From contig OY762964.1 in the NCBI GenBank assembly GCA_963667035.1, forward strand, positions 896,001 through 960,000: a stretch of DNA of 64,000 nt, read 5' to 3'. The notes under the pieces were generated by a model. The model worked only from the letters and a program-made list of their open reading frames with translations, was not told the DNA's origin and did not search any database. Positions 51,839-62,747 of the stretch are shown piece after piece; positions within the stretch are counted from its first letter, which is position 1, and each line of letters begins with the position of its first letter. This stretch comes from Candidatus Cloacimonadales bacterium. GTDB lineage: Bacteria; Cloacimonadota; Cloacimonadia; Cloacimonadales; JAFGVF01. Made by a program: the position numbers and the translations under genes.

Positions 51839-53732
51839 AGAAACTTTTTTAGGTATAGTTCAAGATGTAACTGGGACAACAGTAAGATTTTCCTTAACAT
51901 CTGAAAATGTTTCTGAATTTATTTACATAAATGGACAAGGATATCGAATAGGTCAAATTGGTAGCTTCGTTAGAATCCCTATTGGATTTGCTGATCTATT
52001 TGGTATTATCACTCAAGTTGGAGCAAGTTCGAAACCTGAAAATATAGTTGAAGATTCAACTCTTGGCAATAGATGGATGACAATTCAATTGATTGGTGAA
52101 GGGCAGAGAAACGGAAATTTTCAAAGAGGAATAACGCAGTACCCCACTATCGGAGATGAAGTTCATTTGGTTTCTGAAAAAGAGTTAGTAAGAATTTATG
52201 GACAACCAGATAAACCTTATTTTGTAAAAATTGGTAGTATTGCTAATGCAGAGTCAATACCGGCATTGATCGATGTAAACAAGCTAATAACAAGGCATTC
52301 TGCTATCGTGGGTACAACAGGATCAGGTAAATCCACAACAGTTGCAAGTATAATTAATGCTTTAACAGATAAGGATAAATATCCTTCATCAAGAGTAATC
52401 ATTCTAGATATTCATGGTGAGTATGGAAATGCTTTTCGAGATAATTCAAACATCTTCAAAGTAAATGCTAGCAAATCTAGCATGCATAATGAAAAGGAAT
52501 TATCTATTCCTTTCTGGGCTTTAAATTTTGATGAGTTATGTGAAATAAGTTTTGGAAATTTTAATGATGAAAAAAACAGAAACTTTGTGATGGAGAGAAT
52601 ACACAAAGCTAAAGTTGACTCATTAGTTAAATACCCTTTGAATGGTCTATCAGAAGATACATTAAATGTGGACTCACCAGTTCCTTTTAGTATTCATAAA
52701 TTATGGTATGAAATGTATATCGAAGCATTTGGAACCTATTATAAAAGTGATGGATGTCGACCATCTGAAAACATAGCATTTGAAGTAGATGATCGAGATA
52801 CAGAACTTAAAGGAAATCCAGAGTTAGGTATACCTCCTATTTTCAAGAATGTAAATAATGATTCGGGTTCTGTGAAGGTTAACCATTTACCTAATCAACC
52901 AAACATTAGAAAACAGTTATCTCTTCTCGGTGCAAAATTAAGAATTCCGAGATACGATTTCATCTTCAAACCAAGTAAATGGCTTCCAGAGAAAGATGGA
53001 AAGATAAAAGAAGATATTGATAAATTGTTAGTAGATTGGATAGGTAGTCCGAATAATATATCAATATTTGATTTATCTGGAGTGCCATCAGATATACTAC
53101 AGACAATCATTGGTGCTCTTTTCAGATTAGTATACGAAGCACTTTTTTGGAGTCGCAATTTATCACAAGGAGGTAGGTTTAGACCAATATTATTGGTGAT
53201 GGAAGAAGCTCATTTATATCTTAATAATGAGTCAAAGAGTATGGCTTCAAAGATTGTTCAAAGAATTGCTAAGGAGGGTCGGAAATATGGAATTGGAGCG
53301 ATGGTTGTTAGTCAAAGACCATCAGAAGTTAATAGTACAATACTGTCTCAATGTGGTACATTTGTGGCAATGAGATTAGCAAATTCTACTGATAGGAGCC
53401 ATATAACTAGTGCATTACCTGACAACTTAGAAGGATTAACGGATATGTTACCAATACTGAGAACTGGTGAAGCCATTGTATTAGGTGAATCTGTTAAGTT
53501 GCCAATGCGAACATTGATCAAAGCACCTCCTAAAGAAAGAAGACCTGATAGCCAAGATCCAATAATTTATGATGAAATTACCCCAGAAGATTCTATGCAT
53601 CCAGGTGGTTGGAACAATAAAATGGAAAATAATCCTAATTATGAAGAATTAATTGAATCTTGGAGAGCTCATAATCCAAGAATAAGTAGAATAATAGAAA
53701 ATACAAAGATAAAAGGAGAGAAAGATGAATAG
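51828..53732 (+). CDS. HerA-family ATPase (Sir2-HerA defence system)
   Basis: HAS-barrel-like N-terminus, HSAIVGTTGSGKS, LDIHGEY, MEEAH, KEGRKYG, SQRPSE; 11-nt overlap with sir2. Confidence 0.92.
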   Translation: MKNKETFLGIVQDVTGTTVRFSLTSENVSEFIYINGQGYRIGQIGSFVRIPIGFADLFGIITQVGASSKPENIVEDSTLGNRWMTIQLIGEGQRNGNFQRGITQYPTIGDEVHLVSEKELVRIYGQPDKPYFVKIGSIANAESIPALIDVNKLITRHSAIVGTTGSGKSTTVASIINALTDKDKYPSSRVIILDIHGEYGNAFRDNSNIFKVNASKSSMHNEKELSIPFWALNFDELCEISFGNFNDEKNRNFVMERIHKAKVDSLVKYPLNGLSEDTLNVDSPVPFSIHKLWYEMYIEAFGTYYKSDGCRPSENIAFEVDDRDTELKGNPELGIPPIFKNVNNDSGSVKVNHLPNQPNIRKQLSLLGAKLRIPRYDFIFKPSKWLPEKDGKIKEDIDKLLVDWIGSPNNISIFDLSGVPSDILQTIIGALFRLVYEALFWSRNLSQGGRFRPILLVMEEAHLYLNNESKSMASKIVQRIAKEGRKYGIGAMVVSQRPSEVNSTILSQCGTFVAMRLANSTDRSHITSALPDNLEGLTDMLPILRTGEAIVLGESVKLPMRTLIKAPPKERRPDSQDPIIYDEITPEDSMHPGGWNNKMENNPNYEELIESWRAHNPRISRIIENTKIKGEKDE

Positions 53733-53934
53733 AGATTCAGTTAGCTCATCAAACATAGCATCAATAGGTTATGATTCAGAAAGTGAAACTTTGGAAATTG
53801 AATTTTTAAATGGTTCAGTTTATCAATACTTCGATGTTCCTGAGCATGTTTACGAGGGAATTATGAGTGCAGATTCACATGGTAAATATTTAAATGCTAA
53901 TATTAAAGGAAATTATAGGTATTCGAAAGTTTAA
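53725..53934 (+). CDS. KTSC domain-containing protein
   Basis: VSSSNIASIGYD....LEIEF..GSVYQYFDVP......A.SHGKY; AAGGAG RBS, 8-nt overlap with herA. Confidence 0.92.
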   Translation: MNRDSVSSSNIASIGYDSESETLEIEFLNGSVYQYFDVPEHVYEGIMSADSHGKYLNANIKGNYRYSKV

Positions 53935-54013
53935 TTAATATACTCAAATGTATAATTTAGAGAAGTGAAGCTGGTCTATTATTGAGTATAGCTGAACTCC
54001 TCAGTAGAACATT

Positions 54014-54042
54014 TAACATAGGTCGCAAATGCGACCTTGTTA
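54014..54042. terminator. Hairpin downstream of the Sir2-HerA-KTSC operon
   Basis: taaca-t-aggtcgca-aa-tgcgacct-tgtta. Confidence 0.5.
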
Positions 54043-54334
54043 TATGTTGCTAATTTATATACTAAAAGTATACGTTTATGCCATCCAGAAATGACTTAAA
54101 TAATATGCCAGTATAGCAATATCACTAAAGTATTCAATTCGAATTTGTAATCATACTTTCTCTTAACAAGAAGTGCTTGACTATTTTAGATAATGGATTA
54201 CAAATCATAGCAGTATAGATAATTATGATTAAGAAAAGTTAAGCCGAAAGTAATTTTATTTATTATTTGGAACAAAATAATCATAATGAAGATTTAACAC
54301 ATCAAAACATTATTATAAGGCAACGGAGGAAACT

Positions 54335-57235
54335 ATGAGAAAGCATATCTCATTATTAATGACTTTATTGTTTGTATGGATGACTCTTTTAAGTATTTCA
54401 CGTTTCACTATGCTTGAGAACTTTGATGGTGAGTTTGAAATTGAAAGTATTGAAGAGTATGATATGCAACCCGATTCTTTGCAGATATCCCCAAACGGAT
54501 ATGAAGACAATTGCTTAAATCTATTTGGGAATATAGGTAAACGAATTATAATCGAACCTTATCTGATTGAAGATAACACAGTATTCAAATTTACCGTTAA
54601 ATCAACCGGTCCGAGTAATCTGATTGCAATAGGAGTTTCTGATTCTATAAACTCACTCAGATATTCAATTTATGGTAATTTAGAACACAATATTGAAGAG
54701 TTTGTGACTTGTTATCAAGAATCAAAAGAGGATAATGAATGGGTAGACTTTCTGTTACCAATAGCTGATGATTGGCAGGCATGGTATGATTATCTCCCGG
54801 AAATTACAGGTTTAGAATTCATCACAATAACCGCTGACAGTATATTCTTCGATTCCGTACAGGATTTAACGGATGAAATCAATCAAGCTCCTCAATGCTC
54901 TTTTACTTACAGGCAGATGGGAACTAAGATTATCGATAAACATACTAGAGAGATTACATATCAGTTTAGAGGTGAAGTATCAGACCCTGAAGGTGATATT
55001 ATCAATGAGTTTCATTGGAATTTTGGAGATGGAATTGTAGAAACTTCAGAGTTTTCGAGAGTAAATCATACATACACCGTTACAGATGATCATCCCTATT
55101 CAGTTTTATTTGAAGTTGCAGATTCGCAAGGAGAAATCGGACGCTTTGTTGAACATGTTGATATTGAAATGGGGGATAGTACTCTACCTGTAAAGTTAAA
55201 TTTCGTGGGAGATGTAATGTTTGCACGCAGGTTGACAAGCACAAATATCCCCGAAATATTCAGTGAAGTCGATTCGGTTTTAGGCTTATCTGCTGACATT
55301 ACTGTTGCTAATCTTGAGACACCTCTTGCAGATACGGGAACAATGCATCCGACTAAATCGGTTGCCTTTAGATCAAGTCCTACAAGTGTGGTTGCTTTGG
55401 AAAATGGTGGAGTTGATTTAGTTTCATTAGCGAACAATCATTCTTGGGATTATATGACCCCGGCTCTTCAACAGACAATGGATGTGCTTGATGATTCCGA
55501 TATATTACATTGCGGAGCAGGTATAAATTCTATTGAAGCATACAAACCTGCTTATGTGTTTCAGAAAGGTATGATTTTAGCTTTTCTGGGGAGTTGTGAT
55601 AGAACCGGGCAATACAATAATGCTAAACCATATCTAAATGCCGGATATGATAAAGCGGGTTTCGCATATATGACTCCTTACTTTTTAACGGAACAAATCG
55701 AGAGTGTGGAAGGGATAGCTGATTTAAACGTAGTAATGATGCATGGAGGTAGCGAGTATTCTTATGATCCGGGTTCCGATTATGATAAATTTATAGACAG
55801 AGATGCAGATGAAGACTTTAACCCTAGAATGGATATCCCTCACATGTGGGATATTGAAATACGACATCATGCCATAGACAGTGGGGCTGATTTGGTAATA
55901 GTACATCATCCTCATATTGTACAGGGAATTGAAGTATACAACGGGAAGGTTATAGCTCATTCTTTAGGGAATTTTGTGTTTGATTTAAACTATCCCGAAT
56001 GCTTACCTTCCATGATACTTAACACAGAAGCAGATATGGATGGATTCAAGAATTTCACTGTAACACCTATATATATTGATAGTTATAAACCAAAAGTTGT
56101 ATATGGTGAACTTGGTACTCACCTGCTTAGGTATATATCTATGAAATCAAGAGAATTGAATACTATCGTTCATGTTAATAGTGAAACAAATAGAGCCGAA
56201 GTAATATTAGATTCATTGGATTATAATTTTCCCATCGAAAATGAACAATTGAATGTCCCTATGACTCAGTATGATGAGAATGATTTTTTAAGTAATGCAA
56301 TTGACCTTACCGGAGTGATAAAATCAGTTAATGAGATAACCGGAGGGGATAGTATAAAATGGAGATTAGGTAGAGAATCTTTTCCAATGGGAAACATGGA
56401 GTTTGAGGGAGTATCTTATTGGTCAACATTACCGGAAGAAACAACCGAGTATCGAAGTGGAGCGACATCTCATTCTTTAGTTCAGCCAGAAACTGAAAGA
56501 ACTATGAGTCAAAAGATTCAGGTAAAGGACGGAGATAAAACTCTTACAGGATATATAAAAGCCATTGATTGCTCTGCTCAATTGGAAGTAGAATTCTATA
56601 CAAATTATAACAGCTACTATCCCAACAGTACATATTCAACAGGCTTAATCGTAAATACCAATGAATGGACTAAAGTTAGTATAGATATACCACATGAAAA
56701 CGATCAAAACTACTTTAAAATAAGCTTAGTCCGTTCAGGTGACAATGCTGATTCGGAAGCTTATTTCGATGATGTACATCTAGTTGTGTGGGGGGATTGG
56801 CAAATAGAACAGCAAACACAAGTCCCTTTCCCTAATGACTATTATTGGCTTCAATTGGCAAGTTATTCCACCCCAACAAATGAGCTCGCTCTCAATTATT
56901 CTATGTGTGATATCACTTATCATGATCCTGTCGGTAATAGTGATGGCTATCCGGTTTATGTAACCGGTTTATGCAATTATCCGAATCCGTTTAATCCGGA
57001 AACAACAATACAGTTTACGGTTAAAGAAAAGAGAGAAAAAGCAGAGCTCTCTATTTACAATATAAGAGGTCAGAAAGTAACAGGATTGTTTAAAGGTGAT
57101 TTGGAACAGGGTCAGCATAGATTTAAATGGTACGGTGAAGATAAAAATGGAAATCACTGTGCTTCGGGAATATATTTCTATAGATTGAAACATGGTAGTC
57201 AAAGCACGGTTGGAAAGATGGTTTTACTGAAGTAG
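54335..57235 (+). CDS. Secreted CapA-family metallophosphoesterase with PKD domain and FlgD/T9SS-like tail
   Basis: WNFGDG (PKD), FVGDVMF, ANLE, SLANNH, MHGG.EY, HHPH, HSLGNFVFD, NYPNPFNPET...ASGIYFY. Confidence 0.88.
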   Translation: MRKHISLLMTLLFVWMTLLSISRFTMLENFDGEFEIESIEEYDMQPDSLQISPNGYEDNCLNLFGNIGKRIIIEPYLIEDNTVFKFTVKSTGPSNLIAIGVSDSINSLRYSIYGNLEHNIEEFVTCYQESKEDNEWVDFLLPIADDWQAWYDYLPEITGLEFITITADSIFFDSVQDLTDEINQAPQCSFTYRQMGTKIIDKHTREITYQFRGEVSDPEGDIINEFHWNFGDGIVETSEFSRVNHTYTVTDDHPYSVLFEVADSQGEIGRFVEHVDIEMGDSTLPVKLNFVGDVMFARRLTSTNIPEIFSEVDSVLGLSADITVANLETPLADTGTMHPTKSVAFRSSPTSVVALENGGVDLVSLANNHSWDYMTPALQQTMDVLDDSDILHCGAGINSIEAYKPAYVFQKGMILAFLGSCDRTGQYNNAKPYLNAGYDKAGFAYMTPYFLTEQIESVEGIADLNVVMMHGGSEYSYDPGSDYDKFIDRDADEDFNPRMDIPHMWDIEIRHHAIDSGADLVIVHHPHIVQGIEVYNGKVIAHSLGNFVFDLNYPECLPSMILNTEADMDGFKNFTVTPIYIDSYKPKVVYGELGTHLLRYISMKSRELNTIVHVNSETNRAEVILDSLDYNFPIENEQLNVPMTQYDENDFLSNAIDLTGVIKSVNEITGGDSIKWRLGRESFPMGNMEFEGVSYWSTLPEETTEYRSGATSHSLVQPETERTMSQKIQVKDGDKTLTGYIKAIDCSAQLEVEFYTNYNSYYPNSTYSTGLIVNTNEWTKVSIDIPHENDQNYFKISLVRSGDNADSEAYFDDVHLVVWGDWQIEQQTQVPFPNDYYWLQLASYSTPTNELALNYSMCDITYHDPVGNSDGYPVYVTGLCNYPNPFNPETTIQFTVKEKREKAELSIYNIRGQKVTGLFKGDLEQGQHRFKWYGEDKNGNHCASGIYFYRLKHGSQSTVGKMVLLK

Positions 57236-57329
57236 GAAAAAGAAATAGTGAAAAAATATAGCCAAATAAATCCTTTGACATATAATATCTGGAAGAAATA
57301 ACTGATTAAAAATGAAAATGGAGGCTATT

Positions 57330-57557
57330 ATGCTCGATAAAGTGAAAATTGAAGAAGTCCTTGATAAGGTAAGACCTTCAATTCAGGCTGATGGCGGAGA
57401 TGTTGAACTCGTAGATATTCGTGAAGATAATACAGTAGTTGTTAGACTTAAAGGTGCTTGTGGAAGTTGCCCTATGGCTACTTTAACACTGAAAGCAGGT
57501 ATCGAAAGAGTTCTTAAACAAGAGATTCCTGAGGTTAAAGAAGTTATTCAAGGATAA
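57330..57557 (+). CDS. NifU C-terminal (Nfu) domain protein
   Basis: [13 protein letters not shown]...LKGACGSCP...TLKAGIE. Confidence 0.92.
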   Translation: MLDKVKIEEVLDKVRPSIQADGGDVELVDIREDNTVVVRLKGACGSCPMATLTLKAGIERVLKQEIPEVKEVIQG

Positions 57558-57572
57558 AACTATAGGTTATTT

Positions 57573-57608
57573 AAAGGTTCAGATAAGTATTTGTCTGAAC
57601 CTTTTTTC
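57573..57608 (+). terminator. Intrinsic terminator
   Basis: aaaggttcagataa/ttgtctgaaccttt followed by a T-run. Confidence 0.75.
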
Positions 57609-57706
57609 ATTTGAAATTGACAGCATTATGTTCTTATACACACTGACGTAAATTACAGATGTTGGAATAACTGTTTTACATTGTTTAGCAATATAAAGGA
57701 GCAAAT

Positions 57707-58474
57707 ATGAGACTGCTGAATTATCAGGCTGAGATTAATAAAATTATTGAATTTATCAGAGTTTTTACTCGACAGAATGGTTTTACAAAGTTGATTATCG
57801 GGTTGTCAGGAGGAATAGACTCATCATTGTCTGCTACTTTGGCAGTAAAAGCCATAGGAAAAGAGAATGTTTACGGAGTAATGCTACCTTATAAAGGAAG
57901 CAGTCCTGAATCTTTAAATGATGCCAAGGCACTTGCAAAATGGTTGGACATTCAAACTGAAGTGATTGAAATAACAAGTTTTGCCGATCCATACTTTGAT
58001 ATTTATGAACCCGATGCTGATAAACTCAGAAGAGGGAACTGGATGGCAAGAAGCAGAATGTGTGTCTTATATGACCTTTCTTCCAAATACAAAGCATTAG
58101 TTGTAGGAACGGGTAATAGAACAGAATTGGAAGTTGGTTATTGCACTCAATATGGTGATGCTGCTTGTGCGTTTGAACCTATCGGTAATCTTTACAAGAC
58201 AGAAGTCTGGGAGATGTCTAGAATCTTAGGTGTCCCTGAACAAATCATAAATAAAGCTCCTACTGCTGACTTGTGGGAGTCTCAGACTGATGAGGAAGAG
58301 TTGGGAATTCCATATAAAACCCTTGATGAAATTCTATTTCGTTTATATAATCTAGGAACAAATATTGATTCAATTGTGGAAGACGGATTTAAAGAAGAAG
58401 ACATTAAGAAAGTCTTGAGATTGTATAAACTTTCCGCTTTTAAGAGAAGAATGCCACCATCTCCGGAGTGTTGA
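57707..58474 (+). CDS. nadE: NH3-dependent NAD+ synthetase
   Basis: GLSGGIDS, GNWMARSRM, GTGNRTE, T.YGD, LYKTEV, PTADLW.SQTDE. Confidence 0.95.
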   Translation: MRLLNYQAEINKIIEFIRVFTRQNGFTKLIIGLSGGIDSSLSATLAVKAIGKENVYGVMLPYKGSSPESLNDAKALAKWLDIQTEVIEITSFADPYFDIYEPDADKLRRGNWMARSRMCVLYDLSSKYKALVVGTGNRTELEVGYCTQYGDAACAFEPIGNLYKTEVWEMSRILGVPEQIINKAPTADLWESQTDEEELGIPYKTLDEILFRLYNLGTNIDSIVEDGFKEEDIKKVLRLYKLSAFKRRMPPSPEC

Positions 58475-58475
58475 T

Positions 58476-59681
58476 TTGCTTAGTTTATTCAAAAATAACC
58501 GATGTCATGTTTGCCGAAACAATAGAGAGCAGCGCTACTGTCTAAGGATTGGAAAGACAATCTGTTGGAATTGTTGTGTTGCCCAAAAGATGGATGGACA
58601 TTGTCCGGATGAATGTGAGTATAACTTCAAAAGAGAATCGGGTTTCATGCAATTTTCAAAGAATAAAGTTGATTCTATTACAGAGCAGGAAGCCTTCCTC
58701 CGCAAGCAGATGGATAGATGGATAAATATGGAAGTGAATGAATTAGGTGGAAGAATACCTGTAGAAGTAGCTAAAACTGACGACGGTAAGAAAGAGATTG
58801 AAAGACTCTTTCCTGTTAACAAAGTTCCGGTGTATTTGCCAATAAAGCATCTCTTCAAGAAACTTGATATCATAACAGATAAGAGTTATCCGGAAAGGGA
58901 AGATTACGAAGTTATAGCTAAAGAGTATCTAAATACATTTATATCTGAAGAATGGGAAGAGCTTTATAAGCTTACTTCATTATCAATTGAAAACGACTTC
59001 ATAGCTGAGTTTGAAGAACATATAACCACAGATAAAACAATGCTAAAGTTTAAAACATTTTCATTAGTAGCTTCTGCTTTAAGCGAGACTCATAATGAGG
59101 CATTGGTTCAGTTCGATGTAAATAACAAAATAGATTTTACCTTATATCTGGTTCTCAACAGAGGCAAATGGTATGTTAAAGCACGTATTATGGGGGACAT
59201 GAAACTGGTTTACGCCGAATCGGATACTATCAGAATCGTTGCCCAACACATGAATCCTGAGCAGTTAGGTAATGCTTACGAGTATATGAAGAAATACGAG
59301 AAAACATATCCTGATTCTCCGGATGTTGCTTATTATTGGGGTTTATACTATACTCTGAGTGGAATGAATGATAAGGCTAAACATTTCTTTGTTAAAGCTA
59401 TAAAACTAGATAGGACTTTCGTTAATGCCAGATACAATTACGGTTTTATACTCCAAGCAGAAAATAAATTGGACGATGCTAAAGATGTATATTTGGAAAT
59501 ATTAAAGTTTAATCCCAAAGAGATAAAAACCCTTAATAATCTTGCGATTATAGCATTAGCGAGAAATGATTATGATGAAGCGGAAAAATATTTAAGAAGA
59601 TGCTTGAAACATCAACCTGACTTCGAGTATGCTAAGAAGAACCTTGAATTGATTGAATCACTAAGAAAAGGGGAGAAGTAG
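58476..59681 (+). CDS. TPR protein with N-terminal Cys-rich (putative Zn-binding) domain
   Basis: CHVC...C......ICWNCC......CPDEC; C-terminal TPR repeats (ARYNYG, TLNNLA, AKKNL). Confidence 0.8.
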   Translation: MLSLFKNNRCHVCRNNREQRYCLRIGKTICWNCCVAQKMDGHCPDECEYNFKRESGFMQFSKNKVDSITEQEAFLRKQMDRWINMEVNELGGRIPVEVAKTDDGKKEIERLFPVNKVPVYLPIKHLFKKLDIITDKSYPEREDYEVIAKEYLNTFISEEWEELYKLTSLSIENDFIAEFEEHITTDKTMLKFKTFSLVASALSETHNEALVQFDVNNKIDFTLYLVLNRGKWYVKARIMGDMKLVYAESDTIRIVAQHMNPEQLGNAYEYMKKYEKTYPDSPDVAYYWGLYYTLSGMNDKAKHFFVKAIKLDRTFVNARYNYGFILQAENKLDDAKDVYLEILKFNPKEIKTLNNLAIIALARNDYDEAEKYLRRCLKHQPDFEYAKKNLELIESLRKGEK

Positions 59682-59714
59682 AAGCAAGAGATGCTTTTTC
59701 AATATATATTGAAA

Positions 59715-59740
59715 AAGGACAGGCAATATTGCCTGTCCTT
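59715..59740. terminator. Bidirectional terminator between convergent genes
   Basis: Perfect palindrome aaggacaggcaat/attgcctgtcctt. Confidence 0.75.
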
Positions 59741-59759
59741 ATTTCATTGTTGTATAATA

Positions 59760-60959
59760 TTACATAATTGAAGCTAAACGTTTAATTCCTTCTTTAATAA
59801 CTTCCGGCTTTGCATAACTATAGTTTAAACGAAGGCAATTAGATTTATCCTGTCCCTTAGGGAAGAATTTACTACCCGGGATGAAAGCCACTTTCTTATC
59901 TTTTGCTTTCACAAACAATTCGTCAGCATCCATATCTTCAGGGAGAGTAAGCCATATAAACATTCCACCTTCCGGTTTTGTCCAAGTAACATGAGACGGC
60001 ATGAATTCTTCCAAAGCATCCAACATCGCTTGCCAATATGGAGTGTAAAGCTTGTTAATACTCTCGATTTGCTTGTTTAGTAAACCTTTCTCCATGTATT
60101 TTCCAACCATTCTCTCTGCAACACAATCAGGAGTAACATTGATCTTTTGTTGCCAAGAACACATTTTCCCAATAACATCATCATTTGATACTGCATAAGC
60201 AATTCTTAAACCGGGTCCTAGAATCTTAGAGAAAGACTTAACCAGTGTTACTAATCCGCGTTTGTTAATATCTTCTGCAATACTGAAAAGAGAAGGAATA
60301 GTTTCTCCTGTATATCTTAATGAACCATAAGGATCATCTTCTAAGATAGGAACCTGATATTGTGCCATAAGTTCAATGAGATCTTTTCTTCTTTGAAGTG
60401 ACATTGTAATACCTGTTGGATTCTGGAAGTTTGGAATAGTATATAGGAATTTAACGGTTTTGCCTTGTTCTTTGCAATTATCCATAGCTTTCTTAAGTGA
60501 AACAAGGTCAATACCCTCAGAATCCATTTCCACGGAAACAAGTTCTGCTCCTTCAGCCTCAAATGATACCAGAGAACCTAAGAAACTTGGAGCTTCACAG
60601 ATTATGACATCACCCTGATTAATGAATGTTTTAGTGAAGTAATAGATAGCATTTGTTGATCCGACAGTTATAAGCATTTCGTCATCGGTAACGTTCTCAT
60701 ACTGTTCCCATTTTCTTAACTCGTTTTTGAGAAGAGCATCGCCTTCACTGGCACCATATTGAAGAATATCTTCTCCTGATTCCATAACTACCTCATAAAA
60801 GCATTCGGCTATCTCTTTCTTGTTGAAACTATCAGGTGATGGAAAACCACCGGCTAATGATATCAATCCCGGTATACCTTTGGTCGTTGCAACCAATTCA
60901 CGAATCATTGAGGCTCCCATGCCTTTAGTTTTTTCAGAAAACATGTTGTTGAACTTCAT
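59760..60959 (-). CDS. PLP-dependent aminotransferase (LysN/2-aminoadipate transaminase-like)
   Basis: ISLAGGFP, PNFQNPTG, EDDPY, SFSKILGPGLR, PEGGMFIW. Confidence 0.9.
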   Translation of the reverse strand: MKFNNMFSEKTKGMGASMIRELVATTKGIPGLISLAGGFPSPDSFNKKEIAECFYEVVMESGEDILQYGASEGDALLKNELRKWEQYENVTDDEMLITVGSTNAIYYFTKTFINQGDVIICEAPSFLGSLVSFEAEGAELVSVEMDSEGIDLVSLKKAMDNCKEQGKTVKFLYTIPNFQNPTGITMSLQRRKDLIELMAQYQVPILEDDPYGSLRYTGETIPSLFSIAEDINKRGLVTLVKSFSKILGPGLRIAYAVSNDDVIGKMCSWQQKINVTPDCVAERMVGKYMEKGLLNKQIESINKLYTPYWQAMLDALEEFMPSHVTWTKPEGGMFIWLTLPEDMDADELFVKAKDKKVAFIPGSKFFPKGQDKSNCLRLNYSYAKPEVIKEGIKRLASIM

Positions 60960-60983
60960 AAATTTTCCTTTATTTATATATTA

Positions 60984-61397
60984 TTAGAATATTGCTGGTT
61001 CATAAAGCGATACCTTAGCAGAATGAAACTTTTCACCTTCACTAATGGGTCGCTTGAATTTAGAAAGAACCTTCCGATATTTTCTAGTACTGTTGGAAGG
61101 CACTTCAAGTCGTATTAATCTACTCCCGACTTCTTTCTTATCATCATCGAAGACTTGAATCAGAAAGTCTCGTTTCTGATTATAATCTTTGGCATTTGTC
61201 ACCATAAAACCAACATCAATGGTTGTTCTAGTTGTCTGTAATACTTCCATATTAGTAATAATTAGGGATTTTTTCCTATAGTTAATCCATAGACCTCTAC
61301 CCACTATTGCTAATAATACGATAATGAACAAAACGAATTTAATCGTTGATGACACCTTGTGTTGTCTAGGAAACTCTAAGCGGTCAAAATATGGCAT
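60984..61397 (-). CDS. Hypothetical single-TM protein
   Basis: 137 aa, N-terminal TM and beta-rich domain. Confidence 0.65.
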   Translation of the reverse strand: MPYFDRLEFPRQHKVSSTIKFVLFIIVLLAIVGRGLWINYRKKSLIITNMEVLQTTRTTIDVGFMVTNAKDYNQKRDFLIQVFDDDKKEVGSRLIRLEVPSNSTRKYRKVLSKFKRPISEGEKFHSAKVSLYEPAIF

Positions 61398-61448
61398 GAT
61401 AAGAAAGAAATCGGGAAAGAGGTTTTATCTTTCCCTATTAAAGTTGGT

Positions 61449-62399
61449 TTATTTAAGTTTCTTGCTGAGTACATCAAGCATATCTTTGGTCATTGAAGCA
61501 AGGTCATATTCCGGTTTCCAATTCCACTCTTCACGAGCAGCCGAATCATCCATTGAATTTGGCCATGTAGAAGCAATCTTTTCTTTTATTGGGTCAACAT
61601 TGTAGTCCATTGTGAACTCAGGAATATGTTTCTTGATTTCAGCTGCAATTAATTCAGGATCGAAACTCATAGCTGTTACATTAAAACAGTTTCTGTGTTT
61701 CAAACGACATGGATCAGCTTCCATAAGTTGTACAGCAGCGTTAAGAGCATCGGGCATATACATCATGTCTAGATATGCACCAGCCGGAAGGTTACATGTA
61801 TAGTGCTTGTTTTTAATTGCTTCATAATAAATTTCAACTGCATAGTCAGTTGTTCCACCACCTGGAAGTGTAACATTGGAGATAATACCCGGATATCTCA
61901 CACCACGAGCATCAACTCCGAATTTTTCTGCATAATAATCACTAAGTAACTCACCTGCAACTTTTGATATACCGTATACTGTATTAGGTCTCATTAAAGT
62001 GTCCTGAGGAGTGTTATCAAGAGGAGTGCTGGCACCAAAAGCACCAATTGAACTTGGAGTAAAAACGGCACCTTTAATCTCTTTTGCTATTTCCAATGAG
62101 TTAAATAAAGCACCCATATTGAGATCCCATGCAGCTTTTGGATTTGCTTCACCTTTAGCTGAAAGCATAGCAACAAGATTGAAGATAGTATCAACTTTGT
62201 TATCAAAAACTAATTTACGGAATTTCTCTCCATCCAAAGCATTTAGAATCTCAAAAGGTCCATTTTCTTTAACTTCTGAAGGACAATTATCATGGATATC
62301 AGCAGCTATAACGTTACTGTTCCCATAGATGTTACGCAAATGTGTAACAAGTTCTGAACCGATTTGACCGGCAGCTCCAAGAACGAAAATCTTTTTCAC
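61449..62399 (-). CDS. NAD-dependent epimerase-type L-threonine 3-dehydrogenase
   Basis: GAAGQIG, LSAKGE, PSSIGAFG, YGISK, PGGGTTDYAVEIY, MMYMPD. Confidence 0.88.
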   Translation of the reverse strand: MKKIFVLGAAGQIGSELVTHLRNIYGNSNVIAADIHDNCPSEVKENGPFEILNALDGEKFRKLVFDNKVDTIFNLVAMLSAKGEANPKAAWDLNMGALFNSLEIAKEIKGAVFTPSSIGAFGASTPLDNTPQDTLMRPNTVYGISKVAGELLSDYYAEKFGVDARGVRYPGIISNVTLPGGGTTDYAVEIYYEAIKNKHYTCNLPAGAYLDMMYMPDALNAAVQLMEADPCRLKHRNCFNVTAMSFDPELIAAEIKKHIPEFTMDYNVDPIKEKIASTWPNSMDDSAAREEWNWKPEYDLASMTKDMLDVLSKKLK

Positions 62400-62747
62400 A
62401 TATTCCTCCCGAGGATTTTTTTGAGAACAAATCTTTTATCTGTTGGATTGTCAATTAAAAACTAATAATATGACGTATGTCTACTTAACTTTATAACTGT
62501 AAATGAATTATGCCTTGGATTATTGATACAGACAATTTGTTTCATTTTAGTTAGTAATTGTCTCTATGAAACTAATGCTATAATGCTTGAAAATATGTTG
62601 TAAAGAGGTTTATGAATAGTCTTCGTTTAAGATTCTCATTCTAATAATAATTAATTAAAGAACATTTTTTTTATGTTTTACTTGACTTCTATCAATATAT
62701 AATACTTATTTATATCCAAGAGAAGCAATTAGAATCTGAGGTGTGAT

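Noticed and set aside
57707..58474. nadE as an NAD-restoring partner of Sir2-HerA
   Set aside because: Separated by two unrelated genes and a terminator; looks like an ordinary housekeeping gene
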